This document shows, piece after piece, positions 63,788-64,000 of a stretch of 64,000 nucleotides of DNA. Position 1 is the stretch's first letter, and each line of letters starts with the position of its first letter. Position numbers and translations under genes: made by a program. The stretch is from a virus. Lineage: Duplodnaviria; Caudoviricetes. The stretch spans positions 23,149 to 87,148 of the IMG/VR virus record IMGVR_UViG_3300032004_000001; one strand, 5' to 3'. The notes beneath the pieces are model-generated. The model ran no database searches and was not told the origin of the DNA. It saw only the letters and a program-made list of their open reading frames with translations.

Positions 63788-64000
63788 AGCACATCATGTC
63801 ACATCGCTGGAAAGCGCTGCTCCTGAGCGCCGTGTTGTCCATCGCATCCTGTCTGGCGTATGCGGCGCCGCCCACCAACCTGAAGTTCTGCACCGGAGGT
63901 GTCGGGGGCTTCTACGAAGGCCTGGGCACGTCGATCGGCGGCAAGATCACCAACGACATCGGCAACACGCTGAAGGTGGTCAACACCGGTGGCAGCGTCG
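63784..64000 (+). CDS. TAXI-family TRAP substrate-binding protein (3'-truncated by the window)
   Basis: Signal peptide, then LKFCTGGVGGFYEGLG and VVNTGGSV, matching TAXI TG..GG.Y and T.GS.eN motifs. Confidence 0.7.
   Translation, partial: MKHIMSHRWKALLLSAVLSIASCLAYAAPPTNLKFCTGGVGGFYEGLGTSIGGKITNDIGNTLKVVNTGGSV

Noticed and set aside
1-64000. Many long antisense or alternate-frame ORFs in the track (e.g. 2490-4529, 12991-14763, 31029-32183, 39878-41524)
   Set aside because: They are shadows of high-GC coding genes on the other strand or frame, with no RBS, no motifs and Arg/Gly/Val-rich composition.
1-64000. CRISPR array, integrase, transposase, intron or intein
   Set aside because: No spaced repeat array, recombinase catalytic motifs, homing endonuclease motifs or intein termini were seen. 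The polymerase, terminase and capsid frames are uninterrupted.

Overview
The whole window is part of a high-GC, lambda-like tailed phage (siphovirus morphology) genome. The host is probably Pseudomonas or a related gammaproteobacterium, inferred from codon bias, the GH19 endolysin with Rz/Rz1 and holins, the tail-fibre tip type and an rrn-type boxA. No integrase or repressor is visible. Three blocks: (1) 1-15.6 kb, plus strand, nucleotide metabolism, replication and recombination: three MazG-like genes, ThyX, dNMP kinase, a 1217-aa Pol I-like polymerase with its own 5' nuclease, two stand-alone 3'-5' exonucleases, a putative resolvase, ATP-dependent ligase and SbcCD. (2) 15.6-48.2 kb, minus strand: HU-like protein, tRNA-Gln and tRNA-Trp, terminase, portal, S49 protease, capsid, lambda-type tail (G/GT frameshift, tape measure, M-L-K-I-J), tail fibres and lysis cassette. 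(3) 48.4-64 kb, plus strand: a probable early region of small unknown genes behind a sigma70 promoter and a long leader. The most notable signals are not in the ORF track: a 14-bp palindromic motif (consensus TCGCTAACTAGCGA) at about 12 gene boundaries; a sigma70 promoter followed by two boxA elements and a downstream intrinsic terminator, suggesting Nus-type antitermination; a 142-nt CCA-ended RNA candidate behind tRNA-Trp; a separately translated second copy of the tail-fibre tip; and an AT-rich intergenic island flanked by G-run tracts on opposite strands. All family assignments come from motif recognition by eye, not database searches.
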